The notes: generated from the letters alone by a model not told the origin. Counted from the stretch's first letter, positions 10,145-20,942 are shown. The stretch: 53,241 nucleotides of DNA from a virus (IMGVR_UViG_3300024331_000030:1-53241); one strand, 5' to 3'. Translations and numbers: made by a program.

Positions 10145-10145
10145 T

Positions 10146-10487
10146 ATGCCCCAACAACCATCACCACCATACTATCCCGCTAGCATAACTATACCTAGAC
10201 AACTAGTCCGGTGGGATGATGTTAATGCACAGAATGGGCCACTTAGACGTTGTGCTATCACTCTCTTGTTGCCCACTTTTGCTACCATAATACCTAACTG
10301 GTTAGGGGTTCCGGACTTGGTAGCAGCGTTTAATGTTGAGTGTCAGAATAACTTTACACTTCCTATACACACTATACCGCAGTCCACAGTTACTAGAGAC
10401 TTAATAACAATAACAGTTGGTCAAGCTGTACAAGATAATGGTGTTGGTATTGGTGCCGAAGGTAACAATAATACTCTTATTTCATGA
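10146..10487 (+). CDS. Hypothetical virion protein
   Basis: Tightly packed ORF in the late arm. Confidence 0.6.
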   Translation: MPQQPSPPYYPASITIPRQLVRWDDVNAQNGPLRRCAITLLLPTFATIIPNWLGVPDLVAAFNVECQNNFTLPIHTIPQSTVTRDLITITVGQAVQDNGVGIGAEGNNNTLIS

Positions 10488-11101
10488 AAAAATTACTCTT
10501 AGTATTGTCTCTTTTTATAGCTATAGAATCACAAGCTGTTGTCTTGATTAATGTATCACAGTTCCCTAATATCACTTTGCCGGGAACTAATTATCTAATA
10601 CTTTTTACACAACCCGGAGTTACTAACTATAACATGAATATACTGCAGTTCGAGAATTGGTTAGCTACAGAACCAACCTTCTTGACTGTTCTATCTTCTA
10701 ATCTTAATGTCAATTCAACTAACTGGCCTAGTCAAACAGTTTCACCTAACTATATCTTCACCAATACAGTTAGTTGGTGGACTACCAATGTAAACTTTAC
10801 TTCTGCTGCTGTGTATAATCCTAGCCCCATAACTTCTAGTAGGTTAATGGTTTCTAATAGTAGTTCTCTATATATTACTAATACACTCCCTTTCAATGCT
10901 TATTCCTTGTCGAAAGGTGCTGTAGTTTCACAAGCTATAGTAGCTCCTACTTCTGTTTTGGATATTCGTATTGATTACTTTAATGGAGCTTATTATGTTG
11001 AGGATTACGGTAAAAATAATGCTACTCTAGTCTCTTTGACTACTAATACAGCTTCCGGTCAAGTCTTCATGACTAATGGTGTTCTCTATGTTCATCCATG
11101 A
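10484..11101 (+). CDS. Asn/Thr-rich protein with signal peptide
   Basis: MKKLLLVLSLFIAIESQA; ATGA overlaps on both sides. Confidence 0.7.
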   Translation: MKKLLLVLSLFIAIESQAVVLINVSQFPNITLPGTNYLILFTQPGVTNYNMNILQFENWLATEPTFLTVLSSNLNVNSTNWPSQTVSPNYIFTNTVSWWTTNVNFTSAAVYNPSPITSSRLMVSNSSSLYITNTLPFNAYSLSKGAVVSQAIVAPTSVLDIRIDYFNGAYYVEDYGKNNATLVSLTTNTASGQVFMTNGVLYVHP

Positions 11102-12615
11102 ATAAAGTACTGTACATACTGTTAGTTACTTGTTTAGGTGTTAAGGGAGCCACTATAACAGCTGCTTCTGTAGCTTATGTAGACGTCTCTAATGCTGTCT
11201 CTCAAGCTGTAGGTGGTGATACTGTTAACATACCGGCTGGTACAGCGTGGTGGAATGCTGGACTTACTATACAAGGTATTACTATCTCCGGAGTATCTAG
11301 TAATCTTACTATTATAGTCGATGAGACTCCTCATGTTGCAGGTTCCGGAGTTTCCATCTTTAACCTCAACGCTACCAATATACCCACTCGTATATGCAAT
11401 ATGACTATACAAGGTGGTACTACTAACACGAGTATAGTCTTTACTCCGGGGGTTATTAACATAGCTGGTACCAATCCTTACGTTCGAGTAGACCACATGT
11501 TCTTCAATCAACTCCCCGGCAAACCCATAGTTACAGTCTCACAGTGTAATGGTCTTATAGACCATTGTAACTTTTTTGCGAAAGCCGGAGCAGCTAACAT
11601 GATGGAAGTTCAAGGTAATAACTATGGTGATGATGCTTGGGCTAGTACATATAATTATGGAACTTCTAATGCTACTTATATAGAGAGTTGTGTTTGCTCT
11701 TCAGCTGACAACTTTAGTGCTTTTGATTTCGCACGTGGAGTAGTAGCTGTTGTACGATACAATACTTTCAATGGTACTTTTCTCTCTACTCATGGTTCTG
11801 AGTCAGGCGGTAGGTTCCGGTCTGTTAGAGCTGTGGAGGTATATAATAATACTTTCCACTATTCTGATACTGTGTTTAATAACTTCGGTACTACTATTCA
11901 AATACGTGGTGGTACTGCTCTTATATTCTCTAATACTACTTCTCAATTCTATACTGTTGCTACTTTCACAGAAGATAGAGCTACAGACAATCAACCCGGT
12001 TTTTATCCTTGGTGGGGCGCTACGGGCACTAATGCTTATGACCCTAATATAAAATTCACTAATTTCACAGCTAGTGCTAATAGTAATGTGTTATATGTTT
12101 CAGGGGTTAATTGGACACCAAATCAGTGGTACGGATTCTCAATCTTTAACACAGTCTCCAATATGTGCGGTATAGTAACAGCTAATGACGCTAATACTAT
12201 GACTTTCGCAAACTCTCGTTTCAATCAATTTCAAATAGGTTTTAAGACAGGGGATAGTTGTTTAGTCTCTTATATACACCCTATGATAGACCAGCCGGGT
12301 GCCGGAAAAGGAGACTTACTATCTGGGGATGGAGCACCTATTAATGTAGCATACGGTATAGTTACTAATGCCCACCAAGCCATAGAACCAGTCTATTGTT
12401 GGTCTAATACTGTAAACTACAACTTCTTGCCTGTCTCTGTATCTCCTATGATTTCTTCTTTAGGTAATATAGTAGAAGGCCGGGACTTTACTAATGCACC
12501 TAAAGCTGCTTATACTCCTTTCGCCTACCCCTATCCTATAGCTAGTGCAGTTATACCTTCTGGTTCACAGAATCCAACTATCGGCCCCGCCGGTAGAATA
12601 AGTAACATGCGATGA
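11098..12615 (+). CDS. Pectin-lyase-like right-handed beta-helix protein with signal peptide
   Basis: AVSQAVGGDTVNIPAGT start-of-helix motif; IDHCNF, VVRYNTF and VEVYNNTF rungs. Confidence 0.75.
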   Translation: MNKVLYILLVTCLGVKGATITAASVAYVDVSNAVSQAVGGDTVNIPAGTAWWNAGLTIQGITISGVSSNLTIIVDETPHVAGSGVSIFNLNATNIPTRICNMTIQGGTTNTSIVFTPGVINIAGTNPYVRVDHMFFNQLPGKPIVTVSQCNGLIDHCNFFAKAGAANMMEVQGNNYGDDAWASTYNYGTSNATYIESCVCSSADNFSAFDFARGVVAVVRYNTFNGTFLSTHGSESGGRFRSVRAVEVYNNTFHYSDTVFNNFGTTIQIRGGTALIFSNTTSQFYTVATFTEDRATDNQPGFYPWWGATGTNAYDPNIKFTNFTASANSNVLYVSGVNWTPNQWYGFSIFNTVSNMCGIVTANDANTMTFANSRFNQFQIGFKTGDSCLVSYIHPMIDQPGAGKGDLLSGDGAPINVAYGIVTNAHQAIEPVYCWSNTVNYNFLPVSVSPMISSLGNIVEGRDFTNAPKAAYTPFAYPYPIASAVIPSGSQNPTIGPAGRISNMR

Positions 12616-13631
12616 TAACTAATCTTAAAAATCTAACTATAGTCAATCCTAATTATATTGCTTGTATAATGTGGAAAGACCAATATGGTCGTACATATAG
12701 ATACCAGTTGTGGTATGATATAGGTGAGACTGTTCCTCTTGGATTCCCTCTTTATGCTGGTCAGATAATTAAGAAGAACTTTCGTATAGAGATATGGTCT
12801 ATCAATGGACAGAATATCACAGAGACTGTCGGTAGTACTCTTATTACTTCTGTATTACAGGGTATAGATTACCGGTTTGGCAATGATGCACCCATAGGCA
12901 ATAATGATGGCGAGGTAACTAACTTTGCCGCTATAGCTTCACCTATAACTAATCTACCAGTGGATTTGAATCCCTATCTCCAAGCTCGTTGGTTGGCTAG
13001 TACAGTTGTTAATGGACAACCTTGGGTTTCTAGTGATATACATGCTTACTCTCTAGCACCTTTTGGTGGGCCGGGTCTTGTAGCTTTCAATGATAATACT
13101 ATAGCAACTAATCCAGTTGCTTACATAGAAGGCATCAATACTGTTGTTGCTTGTAATATAACACCCGGACATATCTTCTTAGTAGTCAATATACCAGCTC
13201 AAGGTACTTCTATCCTATATAACTTTGATGGGCTAGTACAATCTATGGAGACCGGAGCTAGTACTCCAGGTTTTGTAACTGTAGCTATAGAAGATGGTAA
13301 TTCTGTTGAAGTGCCCATAAATACTTGGGTTATCATAGAGGCTGGTTATGTTGCTGGTCAGTCATTCATTAGGTACTTTAACCTAGAATCTAGAACCCCT
13401 TGGACTAATCCTACACTAGTAGCTAGCACAACAGTACCATCTAATAGAACAGTCTTGACGGTAACTAATGGTTTTAACAATTTCTATGTTGCTGATATGG
13501 AATTCTATGTTGGTTACTTGGGGAATGCTAGCCAAGAAGTACTAACCTATCTATACAACAGATACAACTATAACTTTACTCTACCATTAACCTTCCCAGC
13601 TAATTCGTCTCCTCAACCTAATACTATATAA
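12612..13631 (+). CDS. Virion protein, possible lectin/LamG-like C-terminal domain
   Basis: Beta-rich; ends VADMEFY...VLTYLYNRY. Confidence 0.5.
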   Translation: MITNLKNLTIVNPNYIACIMWKDQYGRTYRYQLWYDIGETVPLGFPLYAGQIIKKNFRIEIWSINGQNITETVGSTLITSVLQGIDYRFGNDAPIGNNDGEVTNFAAIASPITNLPVDLNPYLQARWLASTVVNGQPWVSSDIHAYSLAPFGGPGLVAFNDNTIATNPVAYIEGINTVVACNITPGHIFLVVNIPAQGTSILYNFDGLVQSMETGASTPGFVTVAIEDGNSVEVPINTWVIIEAGYVAGQSFIRYFNLESRTPWTNPTLVASTTVPSNRTVLTVTNGFNNFYVADMEFYVGYLGNASQEVLTYLYNRYNYNFTLPLTFPANSSPQPNTI

Positions 13632-13632
13632 T

Positions 13633-14772
13633 ATGTCTACCTCACTTGTTGACTTTCAAGCTCCTTTTGACCCAACAGGCTTCACCACTATAACTGGTGC
13701 CCAACTTCTACAATTAGTTGTAGCAGCTACTCCTTATGTTGATAAGGGTCTTGTTATGGTGGAAGCAGATAATGCTGGTATTCCGGTGATACCTGACGCT
13801 ACTACTAACACTAAATGGCAACGGTATCTGTGGTTACGTATTATACCTAATACTTCCACACTAGTACTCTACGCTTGGAATCCCAATGGACAATCCTATA
13901 TAGTGTACTCTGATGGTTCCGGTACTCAAGTACTTTCCAATTGGATACCAGTAATCTCTAGTGCTATACCGCCCGGTTCCATTACTGGTTCTCTTATAGC
14001 TGCTAATACTATATTGCCCGGGAATATAAATCTAAGTCTTCTAGCTACTGCTCTAGGATTCAATCCCGGAACTACAGTAACTACTGGTACTGCTCCTGCG
14101 GCTGGTGATATATCTGGTACTTATGCTACAGGGTTTAGTATTGGTGCTGGTAAGATACTTACTGCTTTGTTGGCTGACTTGAATGTTACAGGAGCTAAAA
14201 TAGCTAATGCTACTATAGACTATACTAAACTAATTGGTGATGGTACTGCTGGTGATATGTTAAAGTCTACTGGTACACCTGCTATAGCCCCCGTCTGGTT
14301 TACTCCTCTACAGATTACCACTGGGCTTGCCAACCCTAATGCTGGTGGAACTGACGATAATAAACTCCTAGCTGTAAACTCTGGAGCTGCCGGGACTTTC
14401 AAGTATAGCACCTTTGCCTCTTATGCAGATGCTTATACATTCTCCAAGTTTACTTCTGCTGCTACAGCCATAACTCTTGGAGCAGCAGTAATAAATACAG
14501 CTCACAGTCTTGGGGCAATGCCTACTTTTGTTAGAGCTGTGTGTGTTTGTCAAGTAGGTGAATTGGGTTATACTGCTGGCGATGAAGTTAATGCTGAAGC
14601 TTTTAGTAATAATACCAATAGTGATTTGTTTGTGTATGGAGCTAGTGCAACTAATGTATTTGTTTCCACACAAAACAATGCTTCTAATTTTGGTCTTATT
14701 AAGAAAGACGGTACTGGTATAGGAGCAGCAACATTAGCTAATTGGAAAGTTAAAGTTTACGCACACCTATAA
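13633..14772 (+). CDS. Tail fibre protein (putative)
   Basis: Gly/Ala/Thr-rich with ITGSLIAANTI and VTGAKIANATI repeats; fibre-like C-terminus. Confidence 0.65.
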   Translation: MSTSLVDFQAPFDPTGFTTITGAQLLQLVVAATPYVDKGLVMVEADNAGIPVIPDATTNTKWQRYLWLRIIPNTSTLVLYAWNPNGQSYIVYSDGSGTQVLSNWIPVISSAIPPGSITGSLIAANTILPGNINLSLLATALGFNPGTTVTTGTAPAAGDISGTYATGFSIGAGKILTALLADLNVTGAKIANATIDYTKLIGDGTAGDMLKSTGTPAIAPVWFTPLQITTGLANPNAGGTDDNKLLAVNSGAAGTFKYSTFASYADAYTFSKFTSAATAITLGAAVINTAHSLGAMPTFVRAVCVCQVGELGYTAGDEVNAEAFSNNTNSDLFVYGASATNVFVSTQNNASNFGLIKKDGTGIGAATLANWKVKVYAHL

Positions 14773-14777
14773 TACTT

Positions 14778-15761
14778 ATGAGCGTAGGATATATACTTAA
14801 ACAAGTAGGAGCAAAGACCGGTCTTTCTCCCTTACAGGCTTCTCAACGACAAACCTTACTTAGGTGGTTGAATGAAGCTTCTGATGAACTGTATAATCAA
14901 GCAGACCCTCCCGGTTCTATCTGGGAGCAAGTCTTCAGGATGAATGGGGACCAGACTATTACTATGCCTTGGTATGTGGGTTCTATTCGTGCGGTAAGGG
15001 AGAAGGATAGTCAGATAGCTTGGTCTATCAATCAGATGCGCCCTCGCTACAATCAATTCAATTGGGTTGATATGTGGAGGAATGTTCGATTGAAGAATAC
15101 TCAAGCTCTTGCTAGAACTATTAGCAATATGTCTGTAGTCACTCTTACTGTTCCAGTAGTTGAGACTCCTCCTGTTGTAATAACTATAGTCGGGCCGGCA
15201 GAAGGGTCTAGTAATCTGTCGGAGAGTGTTACTATGGATAGTACCACTAAGACTACTACTAACTCTTTTATAGATATAACTTCCATAATCAAAGATAGAA
15301 TCAATAACTATGATGTTGTAGTGACTGATGTAGATGGGAACGAATTGTCTACTATGCCTAACAACAGGAAAGAATCTAAGTATCAAATATTAGATATATC
15401 AGCTTGTCCTTGGTTAGCTCAATCCTTCTCCTCACTAGACCATTATGTTGAGATACTATATAAGAAGGCTAATTATCTATTACAAAATGATTCTGACGAG
15501 TGGGTCTTTGGTTCAGAGTATGACAATATCCTAGTCAATAAGTGCTTACAGTTGTGGAATGAAGAGCAAGATAAACCTAATAATGCTCTACAATATGATG
15601 CTAAAGCTACACGTTCTCTCGCACGTAAGACTGATGACCAAAATGCTGCTACAGAAGATATAGTTGCTACAGTAGCTAATCCACATGATACTCTACTTGC
15701 TAGAGTACGCTCCGGTCGTCTTAGGAACTATAGAGGTTGGGGATTGAGAGGTTATCGATGA
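14778..15761 (+). CDS. Head-tail adaptor / tail tubular protein A-like (putative)
   Basis: LRWLNEASDEL N-terminal helix; position before a nozzle-sized gene. Confidence 0.55.
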   Translation: MSVGYILKQVGAKTGLSPLQASQRQTLLRWLNEASDELYNQADPPGSIWEQVFRMNGDQTITMPWYVGSIRAVREKDSQIAWSINQMRPRYNQFNWVDMWRNVRLKNTQALARTISNMSVVTLTVPVVETPPVVITIVGPAEGSSNLSESVTMDSTTKTTTNSFIDITSIIKDRINNYDVVVTDVDGNELSTMPNNRKESKYQILDISACPWLAQSFSSLDHYVEILYKKANYLLQNDSDEWVFGSEYDNILVNKCLQLWNEEQDKPNNALQYDAKATRSLARKTDDQNAATEDIVATVANPHDTLLARVRSGRLRNYRGWGLRGYR

Positions 15762-17581
15762 GTAATGTAGGAAATATAGATACAGAGAAGGGTTCAGAAT
15801 ACAACCAGCTGTCGTTCATTGGAGGTATGAATCTGTTGGGTGATGATACACGTCTTGATACTACACAGTATAGAGTGGGATTTGATTTAACTAATCGCTA
15901 TGACTCTCTAGACCCTGTTCTACAATCTGTAGAGGATACTCAAGCTCCTCAAGGCTTAAAACAAGAGTGTGTTACTTTCGGTCTCTTTGTTATACTGTTT
16001 GTTGCAGGAACAGCTTGGTATAGGTCTTTCAACTCTCAACTCTGGACTGAGATAATACCTTTTCGCGGACGTTTATCTTCCGTAGCTCCTCGTTATTGGT
16101 CTATTTCCGTCCCTCTCGCTACAACTAACTACTACAGAGTAGCTGCAACTACTACCGGCCTTACTGGTAATACTACGGCTGATAGTCGTGGAGTTGTACA
16201 AGCTTTACAAGTTGCGGGAGCTGCGGCAGGCAACATTCCCGGTCTTTTGGTACAAGATAACATTAACCAACCAGTTTTTATATTCCTCGATGGTAATGGT
16301 ATTCCTACCTGTAGGATTACACAAACCTTTGCTCAATGGTCTATTACTTTTACCTCCAACTCTAATGCTATAGTAGCAGCTAATGGAGATAAAAGAGAAT
16401 ACGTTCCTATAGGTAATTGCATGGCTTGGACAGACGGTATACTGTATATAGTATCACAAGACTTCTCTCAGATATATCGTTCAGTCTCCGGTCGCCCTTT
16501 AGACTTCATGGTTAATGTTTCTAACCTACTAGTAACAACACCTTGGGTACAGACAGGTGGTGGAGATGCTAGTACCACAGCTTACTCTGTTGGAGTAGGT
16601 GGTATTACTTGTATTAGACCCCTCTCTACTGGTGGTATATTTGTCTCAGCTTCCGGGGCTAACTTTGCTGTTACTCTTGATAAGTCTAATGTTGCTGTTA
16701 AGATATTTGGTGAGTTTACGTTTGACCGGGCCTTTCTCTTTGCATCCAATTGTCTCTCTGATAGAGTTATCTTCGACTCTATTGGTGATACTAGATTTAT
16801 AGAACTCACAGGTATCAAATCTTTTAATGCTATCAAACAATCTACCAATGAAGGTAATAACTCTCCCTTCTCTGCTACCATACACGGAGCTTTCGGGCCT
16901 GATGAGAACCCTATAATACAAGATTTTACTAAGACAGCAGCCGTATTATTTAATGATTATGAACTATACTCTGTTAATACTATCTTCGGTCCAGCCATTG
17001 CAAAGTACGACACTTTGAATAATTGTTGGGTTGGGTTTGATAAACAACAAACAGGAGGTAAAGCAGTTAAGATATTTGCGAAGATAGAGTTATCTATACT
17101 ACGTCTCTTTGCTATAACAGAAGATGACAGACTCTTTACACTCTATATAGGCCCGGAAACTACTACCCCTTACTTCCGTACTGGTGGTATTTGTTTCTCT
17201 GTACTATATGCTGGTAGAGGCTTGAAAATAGCTAACCCTCGTATAGAGTTGAAGATGTTGAGGACAAGGGTTATCTTGAACAAGATAACTAAAGATTGTA
17301 CTTGCACCTTTACACCTTTCTCTGATAATAGACTAGGACAGTCTGCTATAAAACAGAGTATAATTTACGAAAGTCCGGCTATTGTATCTAATGACCCTTT
17401 AGCTCTACAGGATGTGAATACCCAACTTTCTAATCTAGTTTATCCTACCCCTGACGTTAAACAAGCATGGAAGTACTTTGCTACTTTCTCATGGTCTGGT
17501 GGTTCATTTGTACAGTTCTCTATGGAGATGGATGAACTGACCCCCAATCTACCTAACACTACAGAAGGAACAGTATCATGA
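15758..17581 (+). CDS. Tail nozzle / tubular protein B-like (putative; start 15758)
   Basis: SFIGGMN N-terminal motif; beta-propeller-like; ~607 aa. Confidence 0.6.
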   Translation: MSNVGNIDTEKGSEYNQLSFIGGMNLLGDDTRLDTTQYRVGFDLTNRYDSLDPVLQSVEDTQAPQGLKQECVTFGLFVILFVAGTAWYRSFNSQLWTEIIPFRGRLSSVAPRYWSISVPLATTNYYRVAATTTGLTGNTTADSRGVVQALQVAGAAAGNIPGLLVQDNINQPVFIFLDGNGIPTCRITQTFAQWSITFTSNSNAIVAANGDKREYVPIGNCMAWTDGILYIVSQDFSQIYRSVSGRPLDFMVNVSNLLVTTPWVQTGGGDASTTAYSVGVGGITCIRPLSTGGIFVSASGANFAVTLDKSNVAVKIFGEFTFDRAFLFASNCLSDRVIFDSIGDTRFIELTGIKSFNAIKQSTNEGNNSPFSATIHGAFGPDENPIIQDFTKTAAVLFNDYELYSVNTIFGPAIAKYDTLNNCWVGFDKQQTGGKAVKIFAKIELSILRLFAITEDDRLFTLYIGPETTTPYFRTGGICFSVLYAGRGLKIANPRIELKMLRTRVILNKITKDCTCTFTPFSDNRLGQSAIKQSIIYESPAIVSNDPLALQDVNTQLSNLVYPTPDVKQAWKYFATFSWSGGSFVQFSMEMDELTPNLPNTTEGTVS

Positions 17582-17943
17582 ACACAGAACCCACATTTGG
17601 GGATTTGATAAACTTTATACTTGAGAACAGAAAAGATAAAGTTTTTGTAGGTGATAGTATAGATACTGTAATCACTAAATGTCAAAAAGGCATTAAAGAA
17701 GGAACACTACTATTTAGTGTTGGCACAGATAATGCTATAAATGGTATGATATTAGCAGAAGAAAACTGGCCTGAACAAGGAGTGTTATTTGTTATAGAAA
17801 ATTTATCTATGTCTTTAGAGAATCTTAGAAAATTTGCTAAGATAGCCAAAAAGCGTAAACCTAACCACAGACTAGAGTGGTTTAAACACCATATACATAA
17901 GACACATAGCACAGAAAAACTTTACGAAAAACTACATGTATGA
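17578..17943 (+). CDS. Small protein between tail and ejection genes (GNAT-like position)
   Basis: Gene order typical of podoviruses; ATGA overlaps. Confidence 0.5.
   Translation: MNTEPTFGDLINFILENRKDKVFVGDSIDTVITKCQKGIKEGTLLFSVGTDNAINGMILAEENWPEQGVLFVIENLSMSLENLRKFAKIAKKRKPNHRLEWFKHHIHKTHSTEKLYEKLHV
17720..17737 (+). promoter_or_regulatory. Internal sigma54 promoter upstream of the ejection-protein genes
   Basis: TTGGCACAGATAATGCTA, GG-N10-GC, about 200 bp before 17940. Confidence 0.7.
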
Positions 17944-19055
17944 TATTTAACAATAAGATAGAAATACAACTAGGCTTACGTTGTTATCAAGGTGGTGGTA
18001 GCACTTCACAAAGTGAAGGACGCCCACAGGCTACACCACAACAGATGCTTCAAATATACGGACAAGCGTTGCCGGGAATCTTGGGTACTACATCTGCTCA
18101 AGCTACACCAACAGCTCAAGCTCTTGCTGGTGCTGCTAGTTCTGCTAACCCTATTTATACTAATAGTGTTCTTAATCAACTTAAAGGTTCTGGTACTGGA
18201 TATGTTAATACTGGTAATGATTTATCACAGACGCAAGCCGCCGGGCAGAATGCTCTATTGACTGGTACAGGGGGTCAAGCTGCTGGAAGCGCTGCTACTC
18301 TTAACGCTAGACTTAACCAAACACAAGGAGCCGCTAACACACAAGGTGCTAATCTTCTTAACTCTATAAACCTTAATGGTTTATCGCCCGGCGAGTTTAA
18401 TGCTACTGAAAGAGCTAACAATCAAAATCTTACTTCTACAGGTAATTTAGGTGTTGATAACCCTACAAATACATTATCCAATGCAATGAATTTTGGCGGA
18501 GCTTTCAACAATAAAATTGGTATACTTGGTAATGCTCTTAATCAAACTGCTGGTGTTTCAGCCAATCAACAGACTCAAGTTAATCCTGTTGGTACAGCTC
18601 TAGGAGCCGGTAATCTTGCTAATAATTTTGGGGCTAATTTATTTAATCCATCACAAGCTAATAGTAACCTTACTGTTCCGTTCTCTGCTGCTTCCGCTCT
18701 CGGCAATCAAGTTGCTTCTGTTTCTTCTGCCTCTAACACCAATTCTGGAAGTGGTGAAAGTCATGGTGGTATTTGCTTTCTTACTACAGTTGCTTGTGAG
18801 TATAAAGGTTTACCAGATGATTGCAAAGAATTACAAATACTCCGGTCTTTCCGTAATACTACAGTTCCAGTAGAACTGATTGATGAGTATAATAGAATAG
18901 CACCTTCTATAGTTGAAAAGATTAAAGGTGTGAAAGAGCATATGGATTATATATGGTCTGTTGTACAGGAATGCATAAAAGATATAAATGAAGGATATAA
19001 TGCTGATGCAATAGCCAAGTATAGAATGATGGTTATTAAACTTCAAAATCTATGA
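17940..19055 (+). CDS. Internal virion/ejection protein with C-terminal CFI-box-CTERM-like domain
   Basis: Gly/Asn/Ala-rich body; GGICFLTTVAC...DDCKELQILRSFR C-terminus. Confidence 0.65.
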   Translation: MIFNNKIEIQLGLRCYQGGGSTSQSEGRPQATPQQMLQIYGQALPGILGTTSAQATPTAQALAGAASSANPIYTNSVLNQLKGSGTGYVNTGNDLSQTQAAGQNALLTGTGGQAAGSAATLNARLNQTQGAANTQGANLLNSINLNGLSPGEFNATERANNQNLTSTGNLGVDNPTNTLSNAMNFGGAFNNKIGILGNALNQTAGVSANQQTQVNPVGTALGAGNLANNFGANLFNPSQANSNLTVPFSAASALGNQVASVSSASNTNSGSGESHGGICFLTTVACEYKGLPDDCKELQILRSFRNTTVPVELIDEYNRIAPSIVEKIKGVKEHMDYIWSVVQECIKDINEGYNADAIAKYRMMVIKLQNL

Positions 19056-19648
19056 ATATAGCTGATGATTTAGGGTATGTAGATAATATCTATAACAGAA
19101 TGTATGGAGCATCTAACGCAGGAGATGCCTCCAATCTAAATATAAGACCTACTGTAACTCAAAATGCCTTTCAAAGTATGGCTAATTCTAGCATAGCACC
19201 ATTTCAAAATGCTTCTGCTAACTTTAATAAAACTTATACAGATATAACTAATCCTAAGGGTGGTGTATTACAGTCCGGTCTTACAGATGCAGCCGACCTG
19301 TATAACTTAAAACACAACCCTTTTGGGGGTCAAGCTAAACAGTATCAAATGCCGCAATTAGATGATAAACACCTAGGGCCAGCGGATGAGAATGGTTTAC
19401 GCAAAGTACTAGATAGTGGTCATGCTATATTACAAGACCACGCTAATAATTTTGGTATTGCTGATAATACTGCACTATTATCCTCTAATCCTAGTGCTGC
19501 ATTAGGAGTACCACTTAACCCAAACAGCCCTTCCTCAGCACAACAACCAAGTGCGCTAGGTAACGCAGCTAAAGGAGTAGCTTCTGATGCTGTAGCTTCT
19601 TATGCCAGTGATAGTGGTTTACTCGGAGAACTCGCAGCATTTTTATAA
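19052..19648 (+). CDS. Internal virion protein (putative)
   Basis: Composition and position. Confidence 0.55.
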   Translation: MNIADDLGYVDNIYNRMYGASNAGDASNLNIRPTVTQNAFQSMANSSIAPFQNASANFNKTYTDITNPKGGVLQSGLTDAADLYNLKHNPFGGQAKQYQMPQLDDKHLGPADENGLRKVLDSGHAILQDHANNFGIADNTALLSSNPSAALGVPLNPNSPSSAQQPSALGNAAKGVASDAVASYASDSGLLGELAAFL

Positions 19649-19652
19649 TATT

Positions 19653-20942
19653 ATGGGAGCTTTAGGAGAACAAATTGGACTAGGTCTTTTAGACTCAACT
19701 TATACACCACAACGTACACCCGATTTGTATGTTAATAGCAATGGTCAATATGTAGATGCTACAGGTAAACCATCTACACCTTATACACCCCCTTCATGGA
19801 TTAATAGAGTTGTATCACCTACAGCTAGACAAATAGCTAACTTAAATGCAGAATCTTCTCTAGCACCTTTAGAAGCACAAAGACAGAACGCAATAAGAAA
19901 TACTATCGGGGGTTCTAACTTTGCTAAGATGAGAGCCGCTGGTGTTACTGGTCAAGGATTTGCAGATGTACCAGATGATGTAGGATTTATGGCTAATCCT
20001 TCTATGTCTCCATCTGTTTACACTTCTGAAGGTACTGGCATATTGAATAATAGAGGAGGGCTACAAGGTCTTACTTCTAATACCGATATAGGTAGTGCTC
20101 AATATAACCTAGAACATGTTAAAAGAGCTTTGAGCAGGCAACAAGTAAGTGAAGCTGGGTTAGACCAAGATACTATAAATGCTCTACATGCTAGTACACA
20201 CCTTACTCCAACAGTTACAGACAATGCTATCGCTAGAGCTAAAGGAGAAGCGGGTAGAATGACAAGAGAACAATCTCTATTGGGTACTCAAATAGATGCA
20301 GCTAATCTAGGTGCTGATGTTGATAAATCTCTAGCTATGACCAGAAAGGATATGACTCCTGTACTACAGGATACTCTTGCGACCGGACTGTATAATGAAG
20401 GCTGGGGAGTTCATCATCAACCAGTTCCCGGGCCTCTTAGTGTAGGGGTCGATAGTCATGGTGTTCGTACTACTGAACATACGCCCGGCGGTATGAATGC
20501 TGCACTCACAGGTATGGCCGGTATTCCCGGAGCACCAGACCCTTTAGCTACTATGGGTACTATACCATTAAGTTCTGGTAGGTCTATAGTAGCACCAAGA
20601 GGAGTTAAGCCGACTGTTAACTCCTATAGTGACAGACCACAATACGGCCCATTGTCTTATCCGTCTAGTCCTTCTTCCCGTCCTACAGTCCAACAAACTG
20701 CTGTACAACAAAATAGACCACAGACTACTAATGTCGCTGACAGTCAAGCTCAACAATTTAGACCTCTTGTTGGTTCTGGTGTTGGAACTAATACTTATAG
20801 AATGCCTGATAATACAGAAGCCTGGTTGAAGAATGCTTACAATGCTGACGTACCAGTTATCAAAGTAGGGGCTGTACACACTGGTAGAGCATTAGCTAAT
20901 CTACTTAGACTCTTAGAAGCACAACCTATGGAGAAATGGTAA
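19653..20942 (+). CDS. Internal virion protein (putative; start 19653)
   Basis: Composition and position. Confidence 0.55.
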   Translation: MGALGEQIGLGLLDSTYTPQRTPDLYVNSNGQYVDATGKPSTPYTPPSWINRVVSPTARQIANLNAESSLAPLEAQRQNAIRNTIGGSNFAKMRAAGVTGQGFADVPDDVGFMANPSMSPSVYTSEGTGILNNRGGLQGLTSNTDIGSAQYNLEHVKRALSRQQVSEAGLDQDTINALHASTHLTPTVTDNAIARAKGEAGRMTREQSLLGTQIDAANLGADVDKSLAMTRKDMTPVLQDTLATGLYNEGWGVHHQPVPGPLSVGVDSHGVRTTEHTPGGMNAALTGMAGIPGAPDPLATMGTIPLSSGRSIVAPRGVKPTVNSYSDRPQYGPLSYPSSPSSRPTVQQTAVQQNRPQTTNVADSQAQQFRPLVGSGVGTNTYRMPDNTEAWLKNAYNADVPVIKVGAVHTGRALANLLRLLEAQPMEKW

